A stretch of DNA of 64,000 nt. It comes from Myxococcota bacterium (GTDB lineage: Bacteria; Myxococcota_A; UBA796; GCA-2862545). Numbering within the stretch: the stretch's first letter is position 1; each line of letters opens with the position of its first letter. Position numbers and translations under genes: made by a program. Shown in pieces: positions 35,432-46,197 of the stretch. The stretch lies in the NCBI GenBank assembly GCA_039208735.1, contig JBCCQY010000037.1:1-64000 (forward strand), read 5' to 3'. A model generated the notes under the pieces. The model was not told the DNA's origin. It made no database searches and was given only the letters and a program-made list of their open reading frames with translations.

Positions 35432-37951
35432 ATGTGGACTTGGCTTGCGATGATGACCGCAGGGGCGGCTCCGCACACGTACGTCGCGCCCGATGGCCTA
35501 CAGGTGGTGATCGACGCGCGAACCGACAGCAACTTGGTTTCCGTGGCCCATGTGGTCGCCGTGGGGTCCATCGATGACGCCACGCCAGACACTGAAACGG
35601 CGCACATCGCCGAACATCTCTGGTTCCGAGTGGCCCTCGAGAACGGGGCGAACGTCGCCAATTCGCTGGCCGCCTGGGGGTGCAGCTTTCAGGGTACGAC
35701 GTACCTCGACCAAACGGCGTTCTACAGCGCATGCCCGAACGCAATGGGCTCGGCACTGCTCGACCTCACCGACCGCTTCTTCACGCGCGGTCTGGCCGAC
35801 TTGCCCAAGACGGCGGTCCCCCTTGCCCAAACGGTCGTATTCCGCGAGTACGTTCAACGACGCTCTGGCGGCGTCGCTGGCGTGCAAGCCCTGTGGCGCC
35901 AGCTCGCGGGAAGTTTCGACGAAAGCAAAGGAACAACGGCGGCACCTCAGGATCGAGATGGCATCGTGGCGTGGGCGAAGGAGCATTGGGCCCGCTCCCG
36001 CGCAACGGTGGCGGTCGTGGGGGGCGTTGATGAAGCCGCCCTGGTGCAGCGTTGGTCCCTCACGAAGGCCGTTCCCAAGGCTCGCCGAAGCGCGTCTGTG
36101 CCCCAGCCTAGGGCGGCGGAAATCGCCGTGACATCTGCCAATCCGAAGATCTTCCTGGCCTGGAACTGGCCCGACCCACCCCCGGACGTCGCGGTGGTGG
36201 ACGCAGTGGTCGAACGAGCCTTGGACGAACGCCTCCGGCCGACTCCAGGCTACCGCGGAACCCATTGCAAAACCGGTTTGGTGAGGGGGCTAAACCAAGC
36301 CCTGTCCTGCGTTATCGAGGTGCAGAGTGAGGCGCTGCCCGAACTCCGCGCCGAGGCGTTGGACGTCATCCGAAAGCCGTTCGGCTCTGGCAAACGGGCG
36401 ACTGTCGCAGACCGACTTCGGCGCAGCCTCGCCCGGGAAGGGGCGAAACGTGCCACGCTGCGCGACGAAGATCAAGCGGGCCGCCGGGCCCAAATGCTGG
36501 CGAAGGCCGTTCAGGCTGGTGAAACCACGTTGGATCGGACTTCGGCCCCCTCGACCGTGAAGGACCTCGTGGCCTACGTTCGGATGTGGCTCACGCCCGG
36601 GCGAGCGCACTCCTTGCTCGTGCGACCCAAGAAGGAGTTTGTTGTTCCGCTGCCCGCGGCCGACGCGGGGGAGGCCACCCCCGCCCCCACGAAGCCCGTG
36701 GCACTCCCCGCCCTCCCCGGAGAACGGGAAACCCTCGACAATGGCCTCAACGTCGTCATCGTCCACCAGCCCAACGCACAGGCCGAACGGGTCAGCGTCG
36801 TGGTGCATGGCGGGACCGCGCGAGCCCCCTTCGGACTCACTCACTACGCTGAAGCATGGTCTCGCCCTGCACTCTCCCGCAAACCGGATGGCGTGCTACG
36901 GGAGACCCAGCTGTTTGCGGACGCGGTCATCACCCGGCGAGCCGGGCCCGCGGGCTCTCTCGAACGGGTGCTTGAGGCAACCCGTCGCGATGTCGTGGAG
37001 CGGGTCAGCTACGAGTGGGACACCACCGACTGGGTCACGGACCGCCAGTACCAGGTGCTCCGGGACTGGTCGCGTTCACGATGGTGGGCTCAGCGGCTCC
37101 GCTGGAATCGGATTCACCCCCGCCATCCCGCCCTCTATGAAATCGGCGTCGAAGAACTCGCCTGGATGGGGCGCACGCCGTTGAACAAAGCCCGGAGCTA
37201 TCTGCAAGAGGTCTATCGGCCCGGAAACCTGTCGTTGATCGTGGTGACGCCCAGCCCGACGGCCGAAGTACGACCACGAATCCAGGCCCTGTTCGGGCGA
37301 TGGACCGGGAGTGGCAAGCCCCGCGAGGCCGCCCCACCGTCCCCGGAAGCCTCGATGGAGCCCGGAAACTTCCTGTTCCTTGAAGCCGACGGTGCGGACG
37401 CCGAAGTCGCTGTGTCTTGCCCGCTGAACGCTTCAGGTCCCCTCGCCGAAACCATTCGCGCGTTGGTTTTCGAACGGCTGTGGTCGACCCTTCGGGTCCG
37501 TGATGGGCTCATCTACACGCCGGCCGTCAAACGGACGACGATCGAAGGCGGGTTCGGATGGCTCGATGTGGCGGTGTGGGTCGATCCTCGATCGGTCCCA
37601 CACGCACGCGCCGAGTTGGAACACGCCCTGCGCGCGCCGACCGAAGCCGAAGCGCAGGCCGCGGTACGGCACGTTCGAAACGGGTGGCATCGCTCCCTCG
37701 CCACCGCGTCGGGGGTGCAGCAGCGATGGGAGGCCCAGGTGCGCCTCGGCCCTCAGGCTCCTCCACGGGAGTCCACCACCACCCCTGCCGTCCTCGACGC
37801 AGCCCTCGCCACCTGCCGGGACCACCGGATGCTCTCGGTGGCCACGCCCGACAACCCACAGCTCTCCGACCTCGAACCCGTCGATTGGCAAGCCCATCAG
37901 GCGAGTTGGCTGGACCGCGCTAAAACGACACTTCGTCCCACGGGGTTCTAG
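35432..37951 (+). CDS. M16 (insulinase/pitrilysin) family metallopeptidase, duplicated-module type
   Basis: Inverted zinc motif HIAEH, downstream VVFRE, second module TLDNGLNVVI, LRVRDGLIY. Confidence 0.85.
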   Translation: MWTWLAMMTAGAAPHTYVAPDGLQVVIDARTDSNLVSVAHVVAVGSIDDATPDTETAHIAEHLWFRVALENGANVANSLAAWGCSFQGTTYLDQTAFYSACPNAMGSALLDLTDRFFTRGLADLPKTAVPLAQTVVFREYVQRRSGGVAGVQALWRQLAGSFDESKGTTAAPQDRDGIVAWAKEHWARSRATVAVVGGVDEAALVQRWSLTKAVPKARRSASVPQPRAAEIAVTSANPKIFLAWNWPDPPPDVAVVDAVVERALDERLRPTPGYRGTHCKTGLVRGLNQALSCVIEVQSEALPELRAEALDVIRKPFGSGKRATVADRLRRSLAREGAKRATLRDEDQAGRRAQMLAKAVQAGETTLDRTSAPSTVKDLVAYVRMWLTPGRAHSLLVRPKKEFVVPLPAADAGEATPAPTKPVALPALPGERETLDNGLNVVIVHQPNAQAERVSVVVHGGTARAPFGLTHYAEAWSRPALSRKPDGVLRETQLFADAVITRRAGPAGSLERVLEATRRDVVERVSYEWDTTDWVTDRQYQVLRDWSRSRWWAQRLRWNRIHPRHPALYEIGVEELAWMGRTPLNKARSYLQEVYRPGNLSLIVVTPSPTAEVRPRIQALFGRWTGSGKPREAAPPSPEASMEPGNFLFLEADGADAEVAVSCPLNASGPLAETIRALVFERLWSTLRVRDGLIYTPAVKRTTIEGGFGWLDVAVWVDPRSVPHARAELEHALRAPTEAEAQAAVRHVRNGWHRSLATASGVQQRWEAQVRLGPQAPPRESTTTPAVLDAALATCRDHRMLSVATPDNPQLSDLEPVDWQAHQASWLDRAKTTLRPTGF

Positions 37952-37982
37952 ATCCGATGCAAACAGCAATCGCAGATAGCCC

Positions 37983-38603
37983 TTGCTCAAGACCGTCGCA
38001 TTCAGGCGGAAGAGGCCCTCTCAATTGGACTTTTGGACCAATTCGATGAAGGTTGAAGCGTTTGACGTAGAAGCTGGCGATCCATCGGATTGGGGGATCG
38101 CCAATGCTGCGTGCGTCACTGTGTTCGAACCCCGAGCCAGGGAAAAGGTCTGGTCTGCGGTCGGTGCCCAGGCGATCGAACGTGGCGTTTGCGGCATCGA
38201 CGACAAGGACCGAGACGACCTCGACCGCCTGCAGCTCTGGCGTGACGGCGATTGGTGGATCGTGCTGGAACGAAATGGATTCTGGGGCTCGATACAGGAG
38301 AACCTTTTGGACGCAGGTTGCCTGAATGCGGCTTCCGTCTTCTGGAACGTGAATGCGGTGATGCGCTATCTCGAGCTGCGAGGCGGCCAAGTCATTCGAG
38401 AGTTCGATCCGGGATTCCTCCAGACAACAGAGTGCCCGCCGGATGCGGGATTTGGCACACCATTTTCGTCGGAACAACGCCTACCTTTCGATGAAGCCCC
38501 CGTGGCGGCCGCCCTCGCGTTGTTAGCGGGACGATTTCAGGTCGATGTGACTGCCAACACCCTTCGCAAACGTCGGCCGACGTTCGCTGTCCCTCAACGC
38601 TAA
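37983..38603 (+). CDS. Hypothetical protein resembling DUF6461
   Basis: WWIVLERNG, AASVFWNVNA, GQVIREFDP; start may be ATG 38046. Confidence 0.55.
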   Translation: MLKTVAFRRKRPSQLDFWTNSMKVEAFDVEAGDPSDWGIANAACVTVFEPRAREKVWSAVGAQAIERGVCGIDDKDRDDLDRLQLWRDGDWWIVLERNGFWGSIQENLLDAGCLNAASVFWNVNAVMRYLELRGGQVIREFDPGFLQTTECPPDAGFGTPFSSEQRLPFDEAPVAAALALLAGRFQVDVTANTLRKRRPTFAVPQR

Positions 38604-38718
38604 TATCCGGGGCTGATCTCATCGGCGTAAACTAGATTCACACTCCACTTCTTGGGATCGTGCTAAGCGGCTGCCGCAGGTCGCCTGTGTGCATCTTATG
38701 GCTCGCATTCTGGACGAA

Positions 38719-39729
38719 CTACTTGGCCGACCGGTGACGTTCCACAAACTCCACGAGGGCGTCCGTCAAACGCATCCGACCTTCGCCTTCGACGTGTGAC
38801 CCATCGGGAATGACCCAGGTTTGGGCCTGGTCTTCGAAGTGCCACGTGGGCTGGGATACCTCGGCGGCAAACCGGTCCCAGTAGTCCGGCCTGGGGAACC
38901 GATCTGCCTCGACCGCCCGCATCCGCCCAGCGGTAGGAAGCCTTGCGAACAGCACCCGTCCTCCGCGGGCCTCGATGGCATCGGCCCACCCCTGCAAATC
39001 CTCGGTGGCCGCAAGCCAGGTTTCCGGGCTCCAGGGCCAGGGTGTGGCAAGCAAATCGTCGGCAATCTTGAAGCGGATGGTCTCGAGGTTGGTGAGAAGT
39101 GTGGAATCGAGCCGCCCGCCCCGCTCCGGCGAGGTTGAGATGTAGGGCAAGCCTGGCAGACGCCCTCGGCCCACCGCGTTGACCCACAGGTGACGAGGAG
39201 ACGTGAGGTAGCCCGACAAGACAAAGTGGCTCTGCGCAAAGGTTCGGGCACGCTGGTTGAGCGCTTGGTCCCAGGTCTCGTGGTGCGCATAGCGAACCCA
39301 CTCCTCGGCCAGGTCTTCCCAGGGGCTGGGGGCCATCATGTCGGGCCACGACGAAAACAGAACTACCCCGCGAAAGTCCTTGTCTTCGGCCAAGTCACGA
39401 AGCACCGGCCGGACCGAACTCCCCGTGATCGCCAACATGACAGGGTCGAGGTCCGTCAGACGTTCACGGGCTCGCGTCAAATCAAAACCGTATTGAATGC
39501 GTGACAACCCTAAAAGAACCAGGGTATCGGGCTGGTTTGCCCGTCGTCGCTCCTGCGTCCACAACCCGGGGCCATCGGTGACCATCGGGGGCAATCCACG
39601 CATCCGCCAGAACCCTTCCAGCGCGAGGCATCCACCAATGGCCAAGACGAACGCCAAGCCCCACACACGCCCAAAACTAAGGTTCGGAGCCCGCAGGTAC
39701 GCGTTAGAATTGGAAGTAGATGAAGGCAC
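38719..39729 (-). CDS. Membrane-anchored SGNH-like partner of MBOAT (AlgJ/DltD-like)
   Basis: N-terminal TM, LGLSR, C-terminal DGSH; overlaps end of MBOAT gene. Confidence 0.7.
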   Translation of the reverse strand: MPSSTSNSNAYLRAPNLSFGRVWGLAFVLAIGGCLALEGFWRMRGLPPMVTDGPGLWTQERRRANQPDTLVLLGLSRIQYGFDLTRARERLTDLDPVMLAITGSSVRPVLRDLAEDKDFRGVVLFSSWPDMMAPSPWEDLAEEWVRYAHHETWDQALNQRARTFAQSHFVLSGYLTSPRHLWVNAVGRGRLPGLPYISTSPERGGRLDSTLLTNLETIRFKIADDLLATPWPWSPETWLAATEDLQGWADAIEARGGRVLFARLPTAGRMRAVEADRFPRPDYWDRFAAEVSQPTWHFEDQAQTWVIPDGSHVEGEGRMRLTDALVEFVERHRSAK

Positions 39730-41122
39730 GGTCCATTCCTGGCGTAGCGAAAATCAAAAGCAACAGGCCGGCGATGATGACCCCCAACCCTACCGGAGAC
39801 AGCCGACCCGCCACCTCTTCCAGCGTTCGATTGCGCATGAATCCGTGTCCGACCACCATCGCGGCCATCAGCGGCGCCACAATCGAGAAATCCACGAGGC
39901 CCACCATGCGTTCTCCAGACAGCAGCCCCATCATCGCGCCACAGATGTGAAGTGCGCGGTCGAGCGTGTCGGCCCGAAAGAACACCCAGGTGAAACAAAT
40001 GGCCGCGAACGTAAGCAGCATTCCCCAGATGCGTCCGATGGGTCGGTCCATGACCTCGTGGGGAGGTACCATTCGCCTTACGACGCGCTCCACGATGAGG
40101 AGCAGGCCGTGAAGCCCTCCCCACACTACAAAAGTCCACGAAGCCCCATGCCACAGCCCGCCGAGCAGCATTGTGAGCATCAGGTTGCGCTGGGTCGACC
40201 ACCAACCGCCCCGGTTGCCCCCGGATGGAATGTACACATAGTCCCGCAACCAAGTAGAGAGCGAGATGTGCCAGCGCCGCCAGAAATCGGAAAACCCGAT
40301 GGCCGCGTAGGGCGACCGAAAGTTGTCGGGCAGTGCAAACCCAAGGCACATCGCAACGCCGATGGCACACGTCGAGTAGCCAGCGAAATCCCCGTAGATC
40401 TGCCCCGTAAAGGCCAGGGTACCGAGCCACGCTGAAATCGTGTCGGGTGACAAGGGACTGTCGAAGATGCGCTCGGCGAGGGGTGCAAACATCGTGTCGG
40501 CGAGAACAGACTTCTCAAACAAGCCGAAGACAACAAGGAACAGCCCCCAGCCCAGCCGTTGGACATCGAAGGGAGCGGGCTGTCGGCACTGCGGTAGAAA
40601 TTCGTTGGACCGAACGATGGGTCCCGCGACCAGCTGCGGGAAGAAGGTCACATACAGCGCGAAATCGAGCGGCTCATCCCAGGGCTCCTGTCGACGAAAG
40701 TAGATGTCGAGCGTGTAGGACAGCGTTTGGAACGTGTAAAACGAGATGCCGACGGGCAGCACGATCGACATCTCGGGCGCCTGGTACATCACTCCGAACG
40801 TTGCGAGAAACGCCTCGACATTCTCAACGAGGAACGTGCCGTATTTGAAGTACCCGAGCATGCCAAGATTGACGGCGATGCTCAACGCAACGAGGGCCCG
40901 TCGCGTCGTTTCGGACTGGGCCTGGGCCAACGCGCGCCCGACCCCCCAGTCGACGGCCGTCGACAGCCACAGAAGCAGCACGAAGGGCGGCGACCAGGCG
41001 GCGTAAAACAGGTAGCTCGCAACGAGCAGGATCCACTTGCGCACCGTCCACGACCGGATGCTGCGTTGCAGCACCCAGACGACGGCAAAGAAGATCAGGA
41101 ATGTCGTAGAATCGAACGACAC
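39704..41122 (-). CDS. MBOAT family O-acyltransferase (AlgI/DltB-like)
   Basis: LPVGISFYTFQ, FFPQLVAGPIVR, DFAGYS, FWRRWHISLSTWLRDY, GLWHGA. Confidence 0.95.
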   Translation of the reverse strand: MSFDSTTFLIFFAVVWVLQRSIRSWTVRKWILLVASYLFYAAWSPPFVLLLWLSTAVDWGVGRALAQAQSETTRRALVALSIAVNLGMLGYFKYGTFLVENVEAFLATFGVMYQAPEMSIVLPVGISFYTFQTLSYTLDIYFRRQEPWDEPLDFALYVTFFPQLVAGPIVRSNEFLPQCRQPAPFDVQRLGWGLFLVVFGLFEKSVLADTMFAPLAERIFDSPLSPDTISAWLGTLAFTGQIYGDFAGYSTCAIGVAMCLGFALPDNFRSPYAAIGFSDFWRRWHISLSTWLRDYVYIPSGGNRGGWWSTQRNLMLTMLLGGLWHGASWTFVVWGGLHGLLLIVERVVRRMVPPHEVMDRPIGRIWGMLLTFAAICFTWVFFRADTLDRALHICGAMMGLLSGERMVGLVDFSIVAPLMAAMVVGHGFMRNRTLEEVAGRLSPVGLGVIIAGLLLLIFATPGMDRAFIYFQF

Positions 41123-41232
41123 TTCGCCATCCGCAAGCGGTTACTCCGCGGTCCACATCGGCTCGCCCTGCCGGATCGGTATTCCAATCGTGGCAAGCGG
41201 CCAGCCGATCGGGCCCGCAATACCCTGGGCCG

Positions 41233-42944
41233 ATGATCGACCGACTCGCCTTCCTCCACAAGGCAGCCATCGTTGCAAAGCCTGGGTTCAACCGCTGGTG
41301 GGTGCCCCCGGCCTCGATTGCCATTCACCTCTGCATTGGCTCGGTGTACGCCTGGAGCATCTTCAACCCCGCCCTCACGCGAGTGCGGGGGGTCGTGGGC
41401 AGCGCGGCCGAGGACTGGGCCCTTTCCGAGGTCGTGTGGATTTTCAGCGTGGCGATTGTCTTCCTCGGCCTTTCCGCCGCCCTCGGTGGACGCTGGCTCG
41501 AACGGGTCGGACCGCGAATGGTGGGGTCGTGGCCGCGCTTGCGTGGGGCGGGGGCTTCATCGTTGGTGGGCTCGGCATCGTATGGCATCAGCTGTGGCTG
41601 GTGTACCTCGGCTACGGCATCATCGGAGGATGCGGGCTTGGCCTCGGCTATGTCTCGCCCGTCAGCACCCTCATTCGCTGGTTCCCGGATCGCCGCGGCA
41701 TGGCGACCGGCATGGCCATCATGGGCTTTGGCGGCGGCGCCATGATCGGTGCGCCGATGAAAGAAGCGCTGATCCGCCTGTTCTACCGAGCCCCCGAATA
41801 CCTCGGTCCCGTCAACCAGGTGAACTTGATCACCGAAGGAGGCCGACGCTTTGTCGACATCAACGCCACCCTTCGCGAGGTTGTGGTCGTCGGGGCGGGC
41901 GACGTCAGCACGATGGTGCAGCCCGGCCCCGAGGGCGTGTATCTGGTCGGCACGGGCTCGATTGGGGTAGCTGAAACCTTCTTTTTGCTCGGCATCCTCT
42001 ACTTCATCGTGATGGTGGTTGCAGCGTTCAGCTACCGCGTGCCGGCCGAAGGCTGGCGACCCGACGGCTGGTCACCACCGACCGAAGCTGCGTCGGCCCA
42101 CAAGATGATCAGCCGCTTCGACGTTCACCTGGATCGCGCGTTGATCACGCCACAGTTCGCCCTGCTTTGGGTGGTCTTGTGCCTCAACGTGACCGCGGGA
42201 ATCGGGGTGCTTGGTGTTGCCAAGACGATGATGCGGGAGATCTTTGGCACCACGCTTCCCCACATCGTCGACGGCGCATTTGCGGCCACCTATGTGCTGA
42301 TGATCAGCGTCTTCAACATGGCAGGCCGGTTCATTTGGGCCACCGCATCCGATTCTCTGGGCCGTCAGCGCACCTACACCATCTTCTTTGTGTTGGGCAT
42401 GCTGCTCTACCTGTCGATTCCTCTGTCCGCCCAGCAAGTCAGCGCTTCGCCCTCGGTAGTGTGGCTAGTCGTGTTCTACGCCGCCACGATGATCATCTTC
42501 ACGATGTACGGCGGCGGCTTTGCCACCATTCCAGCCTACCTCGCAGACATTTTCGGAACGCGATTCGTGGGGGGCATCCACGGTCGCCTGCTTACCGCAT
42601 GGAGCACGGCCGGCGTACTCGGTCCCCTGGCCATCACCTCGCTTCGCGAACGATCCGTTCACGCCGCTCTGCAGGACCTTGCCACCCGCGTCGACGCCGC
42701 CCAGTTCGAGGCGACGTTTGGGGCACCGGTGAGCGAACTGGATGCCTTGATCGATGCCAAGACGGTGACGCTATCGAACCTCATGGCGATTGCTCCTCCC
42801 GGCACCGCCGATCCGTCCGCCACGCTTTACAACACCACGATGTTCCTCATGGCAGGGCTACTAGGCATTGCGCTCGTTGCGAACCTTCTGGTTCGACCGG
42901 TCGATCCAAAACATCACATGAAACCCTCGGATGGGCAGGCTTAA
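41233..42944 (+). pseudogene. OFA-family MFS transporter split by a 1-bp frameshift
   Basis: IHLCIGSVYAWS N-part; one extra G in the G4 run at 41523-41526 restores RMVGVVAALAWGGG; WFPDRRGMATG, YGGGFATIPAY. Confidence 0.85.
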
Positions 42945-43810
42945 GCCAAAGGGCCGTTGCCGTGCGCATGGAGCGTCCGAAGGCGAGCGAGGTTCGCCGA
43001 AGAGGAGAGGCGTTCCAACGCGTTCGGCGAAATGTGGTTGCCGCGGAGGCTTAGGACCTCGAGTGACCTAAGCCACGGCGACGTGGCCAGCGCGATGGCT
43101 CCTGGAGAGCCAATCCCTGCGTACCCCGCGAACAACTGTCGAAGCGACGCCAGGGCCTGGGTTGTGGCAAGGACCTTGGCACCTTCGTCCTCGACCGGAT
43201 TCGAACTGATGGCCAGCGTCGATAACGAGCGTAGCGTCGTTGCCTTCAGTGCACCGACCGCCCCCTCCGCAAGGCTCCCCTGGAGGTCGAGGGTGTCCAA
43301 TCCACCGAGTTGCGGTTGGGTCACGAGGTGCCGCAATGCCCCGTGGCTCAGGGGTTCGGCCCGCCACTCGAGCGTATGGAGCGCCGCCGCAAGGTTGGGC
43401 TGAAGCCATCTCCAGAACCGTCCTGGGGTCCCCGCCCACCTCAGGTTCGAAAAGAAGGCTCCTGTAGGCGTGGTCAGCAGTACATCGAAGAACTCTGCGG
43501 CGGCCCGATTCGCCGTCTCGACAGTCGCGCTAAACACGAAGCCATCACGCCAGTTCAGCCGAACCCCCGTAGGTGGCCACGCCCCGCCCAGCCACTCGCG
43601 CTCATGACGCTTATGGGCCTCGGCGATTTGTCCCCAACGCACGAGGCGCTCACGCGTGGAAGGACGATGGGTCAGGTGCTCGTGGCGACGAAGCACGAGA
43701 TGACCGCGCAGATCATCCTGTTCGAGCAGCCAATCGCCAAACACCCGCCAGATGTCATCGTCGGGCTCCGCGGTACGGAGGGGCTGAATCCAAAGCTCGG
43801 GTACGCGCAT
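42941..43810 (-). CDS. TIGR02996-like domain + LRR protein
   Basis: EPDDDIWRVFGDWLLEQDDLRG, WRDGFV, LEVLSLRGNHI, NPVEDEGAKVLA. Confidence 0.8.
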   Translation of the reverse strand: MRVPELWIQPLRTAEPDDDIWRVFGDWLLEQDDLRGHLVLRRHEHLTHRPSTRERLVRWGQIAEAHKRHEREWLGGAWPPTGVRLNWRDGFVFSATVETANRAAAEFFDVLLTTPTGAFFSNLRWAGTPGRFWRWLQPNLAAALHTLEWRAEPLSHGALRHLVTQPQLGGLDTLDLQGSLAEGAVGALKATTLRSLSTLAISSNPVEDEGAKVLATTQALASLRQLFAGYAGIGSPGAIALATSPWLRSLEVLSLRGNHISPNALERLSSSANLARLRTLHAHGNGPLA

Positions 43811-43818
43811 GCAGTGGG

Positions 43819-44022
43819 CTAACGGAGCTGCGACGGCTTGGCTTGGGGAGGGCGGTGCGCTTCGATGAAGGCGCGTGGGTCGAGGTGTCCTCGGGGTGGG
43901 CCGTAGCCACCCCTCACGCCGTCCACGATGGGCAAGTCCGCGCACGGGTCATCGGGCTTTCCGTCTGCGGGTATGGCCGAACATGCGAAGGCCAGCCCTG
44001 CAAATCGTATCCCCCACCTCAT
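43819..44022 (-). CDS. Small putative lipoprotein (67 aa)
   Basis: AGGAGG RBS; MRWGIRFAGLAFAC lipobox-like signal. Confidence 0.5.
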   Translation of the reverse strand: MRWGIRFAGLAFACSAIPADGKPDDPCADLPIVDGVRGGYGPPRGHLDPRAFIEAHRPPQAKPSQLR

Positions 44023-44079
44023 CGGCCACCTCCTGTTCGATGGGAGGTCGGACTCCATTCAAACACAGCGGTTCCAAAA

Positions 44080-46005
44080 CTAGCGAAGCAATGCGCGTTG
44101 GATGGCTCGCTCGAGTCGTTCATCACCGGGGGCGTAGCCTGTGATTTGATCGACAAGCCGATGGTTTCGATCCAATACGAACACCGCTGGAATTCCCGTC
44201 ACGCCGAGGTCGACCATGCCCTGCGGACCTGCGTACGCAGCCTCAAATGCAACGTCCCCGCGCTCGGCGAGATAGCGTGCGGCAGCCTGTCGGTCCTCTT
44301 CGACGGACAAGGCGACCATGGTGAATCGTCCCTCGTGCTTGCGGGCCAGCGCGTCGAGATGAGGCAGGGATGCGACACACGGCGGGCACCAGGTCGCCCA
44401 AGCATCGATGACAACAGGACCCTCGAGTTCCGCCAACGTGGTCGAAGTGTCTCCGATCGTAAACGACAACGCGTCGAATTGCGGATTCCCGACGGGTGAC
44501 GCTTCGGCCTTGGGGCGATGTCCTTCCACCAAGGGGACCGCTCCCCCCACGGCCCACAACTGACGCTGCTCAATGGCCGCATCCACGCTCGACCACGCCG
44601 CTTCTTCGAGGTCGTGAGTCAACTCGGGCTTCGCGGCAAGGCCATGGGCCACCAGGGACAAGGCAAATGGATGCGCTTCGCCGAGAACCAGTCCCAGCCG
44701 AATGGCCCACTCGGGGTCGGGCTTGGTCAACGCCATTGCGACGCGCAAGTCGCGCTCGGCGCGGTCCGTACGGTTGCGACGCTGGCGAACCGCTCCGCGC
44801 AACCCATGCAATTCCGCCCAGGAGCGACGCCAATCCTGCCGATCGGCCTCATCGAAGTAGTCCAGGATGAACGGCACGCGTTCGTTCCGGATCTCACTCC
44901 CGAGCCACCGTTCGGCCCGGCGCAGCTTCGTGCCTGTCAAAAGCGCCCCGCGGGCCAAGGCCTTCGCGTCTCGCGCGTGACGAGCCCCTTTGACCAGTGC
45001 GGCCCCGTCACCCACGGCTTCGGCGGCCTCAACCCAGCTGTTCCAGTACGTGAACCGGGCACGCCTTCCTCGCGGAGGGGACGTGTTTTGCAGGGCCTTG
45101 AGACGCGCGGCGGGGTCCAACACCGTCGACGGTTCGGGGGCCGCGGTCTGGGCCACCTTGGGAGCGTGCTCGCGCTTGAGCTCCACAGGGACCTGGCGGT
45201 TGTCAGGATCGAGGTGCTGAAGGCGCTGAAGCGCCACGATCGTAGCTTGCGTCTCCCTGGCTCGATGAAAGATCTTTTTGGCGGCCCAGATCTCGGCCGG
45301 TCGTTCGTGCTTCGCCAGCGCGTGAGCCGCAACCAAAACCCTCGCCCGAGCCTTCTGCAGGGCGCTCCCTGTCGCCTGCTTCCCAAAGATGAAGGCCACC
45401 TTGGACAGCTCGATGGGCGCATGCTCGATCAGCGCATCAAGGATCGGCAGGTCATCGGGCTCGACCCCATCCTGGAGGGCGAAGTACGCCTGGGCGACGA
45501 GGCCACCGCCTTCGCTTCGGTCTTTCGCCTGGGCTTCGGCGGATTCCACGTCGCCTCGGCAGACACGGGCCACCTGCCACCGCGTTGAGGCGTAGCGGTA
45601 GGCCGCCTGCGGATCCTCCTGCTCGTCCGAAAGCCATCGTCGCGCTTCGTCGCACCATGGACCGGCCTCGGCCATATGAAGGGGCGTGGCCGTCGACCAC
45701 CAGTTTGGACCGATCTGACCCGCTAACCGAGCGTAGACCTTCGCAACCCCGAGCGGGGCGTCCGGATGGGCCGCGCCCCAGGTCTCGACCGATGCGAGGA
45801 GTCCCTCATGGCGTAGGTCACGAAGCTGCGGCAGGATCGAAAGGTAGTCCACGAGCAGCCAGACATCGTTGGTGGCCTCAAAGCGCTGGCGAAACCACTG
45901 GGCTGACTCCTCGGCCCGTCGGGTCTCCGCAAAGTAGTGGGCGTCATGACGGTCCTGAATCGAGACGGACGAGCCGGCAAGAGCGGTGGCGAGCAAGAAG
46001 AACAC
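44080..46005 (-). CDS. Exported helical-repeat protein with C-terminal TlpA-like thioredoxin domain
   Basis: VVIDAWATWCPPC, GVTGIPAVFVLD; signal MFFLLATALA. Confidence 0.85.
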   Translation of the reverse strand: MFFLLATALAGSSVSIQDRHDAHYFAETRRAEESAQWFRQRFEATNDVWLLVDYLSILPQLRDLRHEGLLASVETWGAAHPDAPLGVAKVYARLAGQIGPNWWSTATPLHMAEAGPWCDEARRWLSDEQEDPQAAYRYASTRWQVARVCRGDVESAEAQAKDRSEGGGLVAQAYFALQDGVEPDDLPILDALIEHAPIELSKVAFIFGKQATGSALQKARARVLVAAHALAKHERPAEIWAAKKIFHRARETQATIVALQRLQHLDPDNRQVPVELKREHAPKVAQTAAPEPSTVLDPAARLKALQNTSPPRGRRARFTYWNSWVEAAEAVGDGAALVKGARHARDAKALARGALLTGTKLRRAERWLGSEIRNERVPFILDYFDEADRQDWRRSWAELHGLRGAVRQRRNRTDRAERDLRVAMALTKPDPEWAIRLGLVLGEAHPFALSLVAHGLAAKPELTHDLEEAAWSSVDAAIEQRQLWAVGGAVPLVEGHRPKAEASPVGNPQFDALSFTIGDTSTTLAELEGPVVIDAWATWCPPCVASLPHLDALARKHEGRFTMVALSVEEDRQAAARYLAERGDVAFEAAYAGPQGMVDLGVTGIPAVFVLDRNHRLVDQITGYAPGDERLERAIQRALLR

Positions 46006-46037
46006 AAGGCCTCCAGTTCAACGGACGCGCCGCTGCC

Positions 46038-46052
46038 GCAAGAACCGTGCCG
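46038..46052 (-). promoter_or_regulatory. Candidate sigma-54 promoter for TlpA-like gene
   Basis: Minus strand CGGCACGGTTCTTGC, GG-N10-GC, about 33 bp before GTG 46005. Confidence 0.65.
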
Positions 46053-46197
46053 TACGGATTGCGCCGTGGACAAGCCCCTGGTTCGACATTGCGTCATCAT
46101 GCGCCGCCGAAACGGGGTGAGGCCGTGACACGCTGTCCGAAGTTTGGCGTGCGACCCGCCGGGTTCGACAGCTACGCTCCTTTCACCAGGAGGCTTC

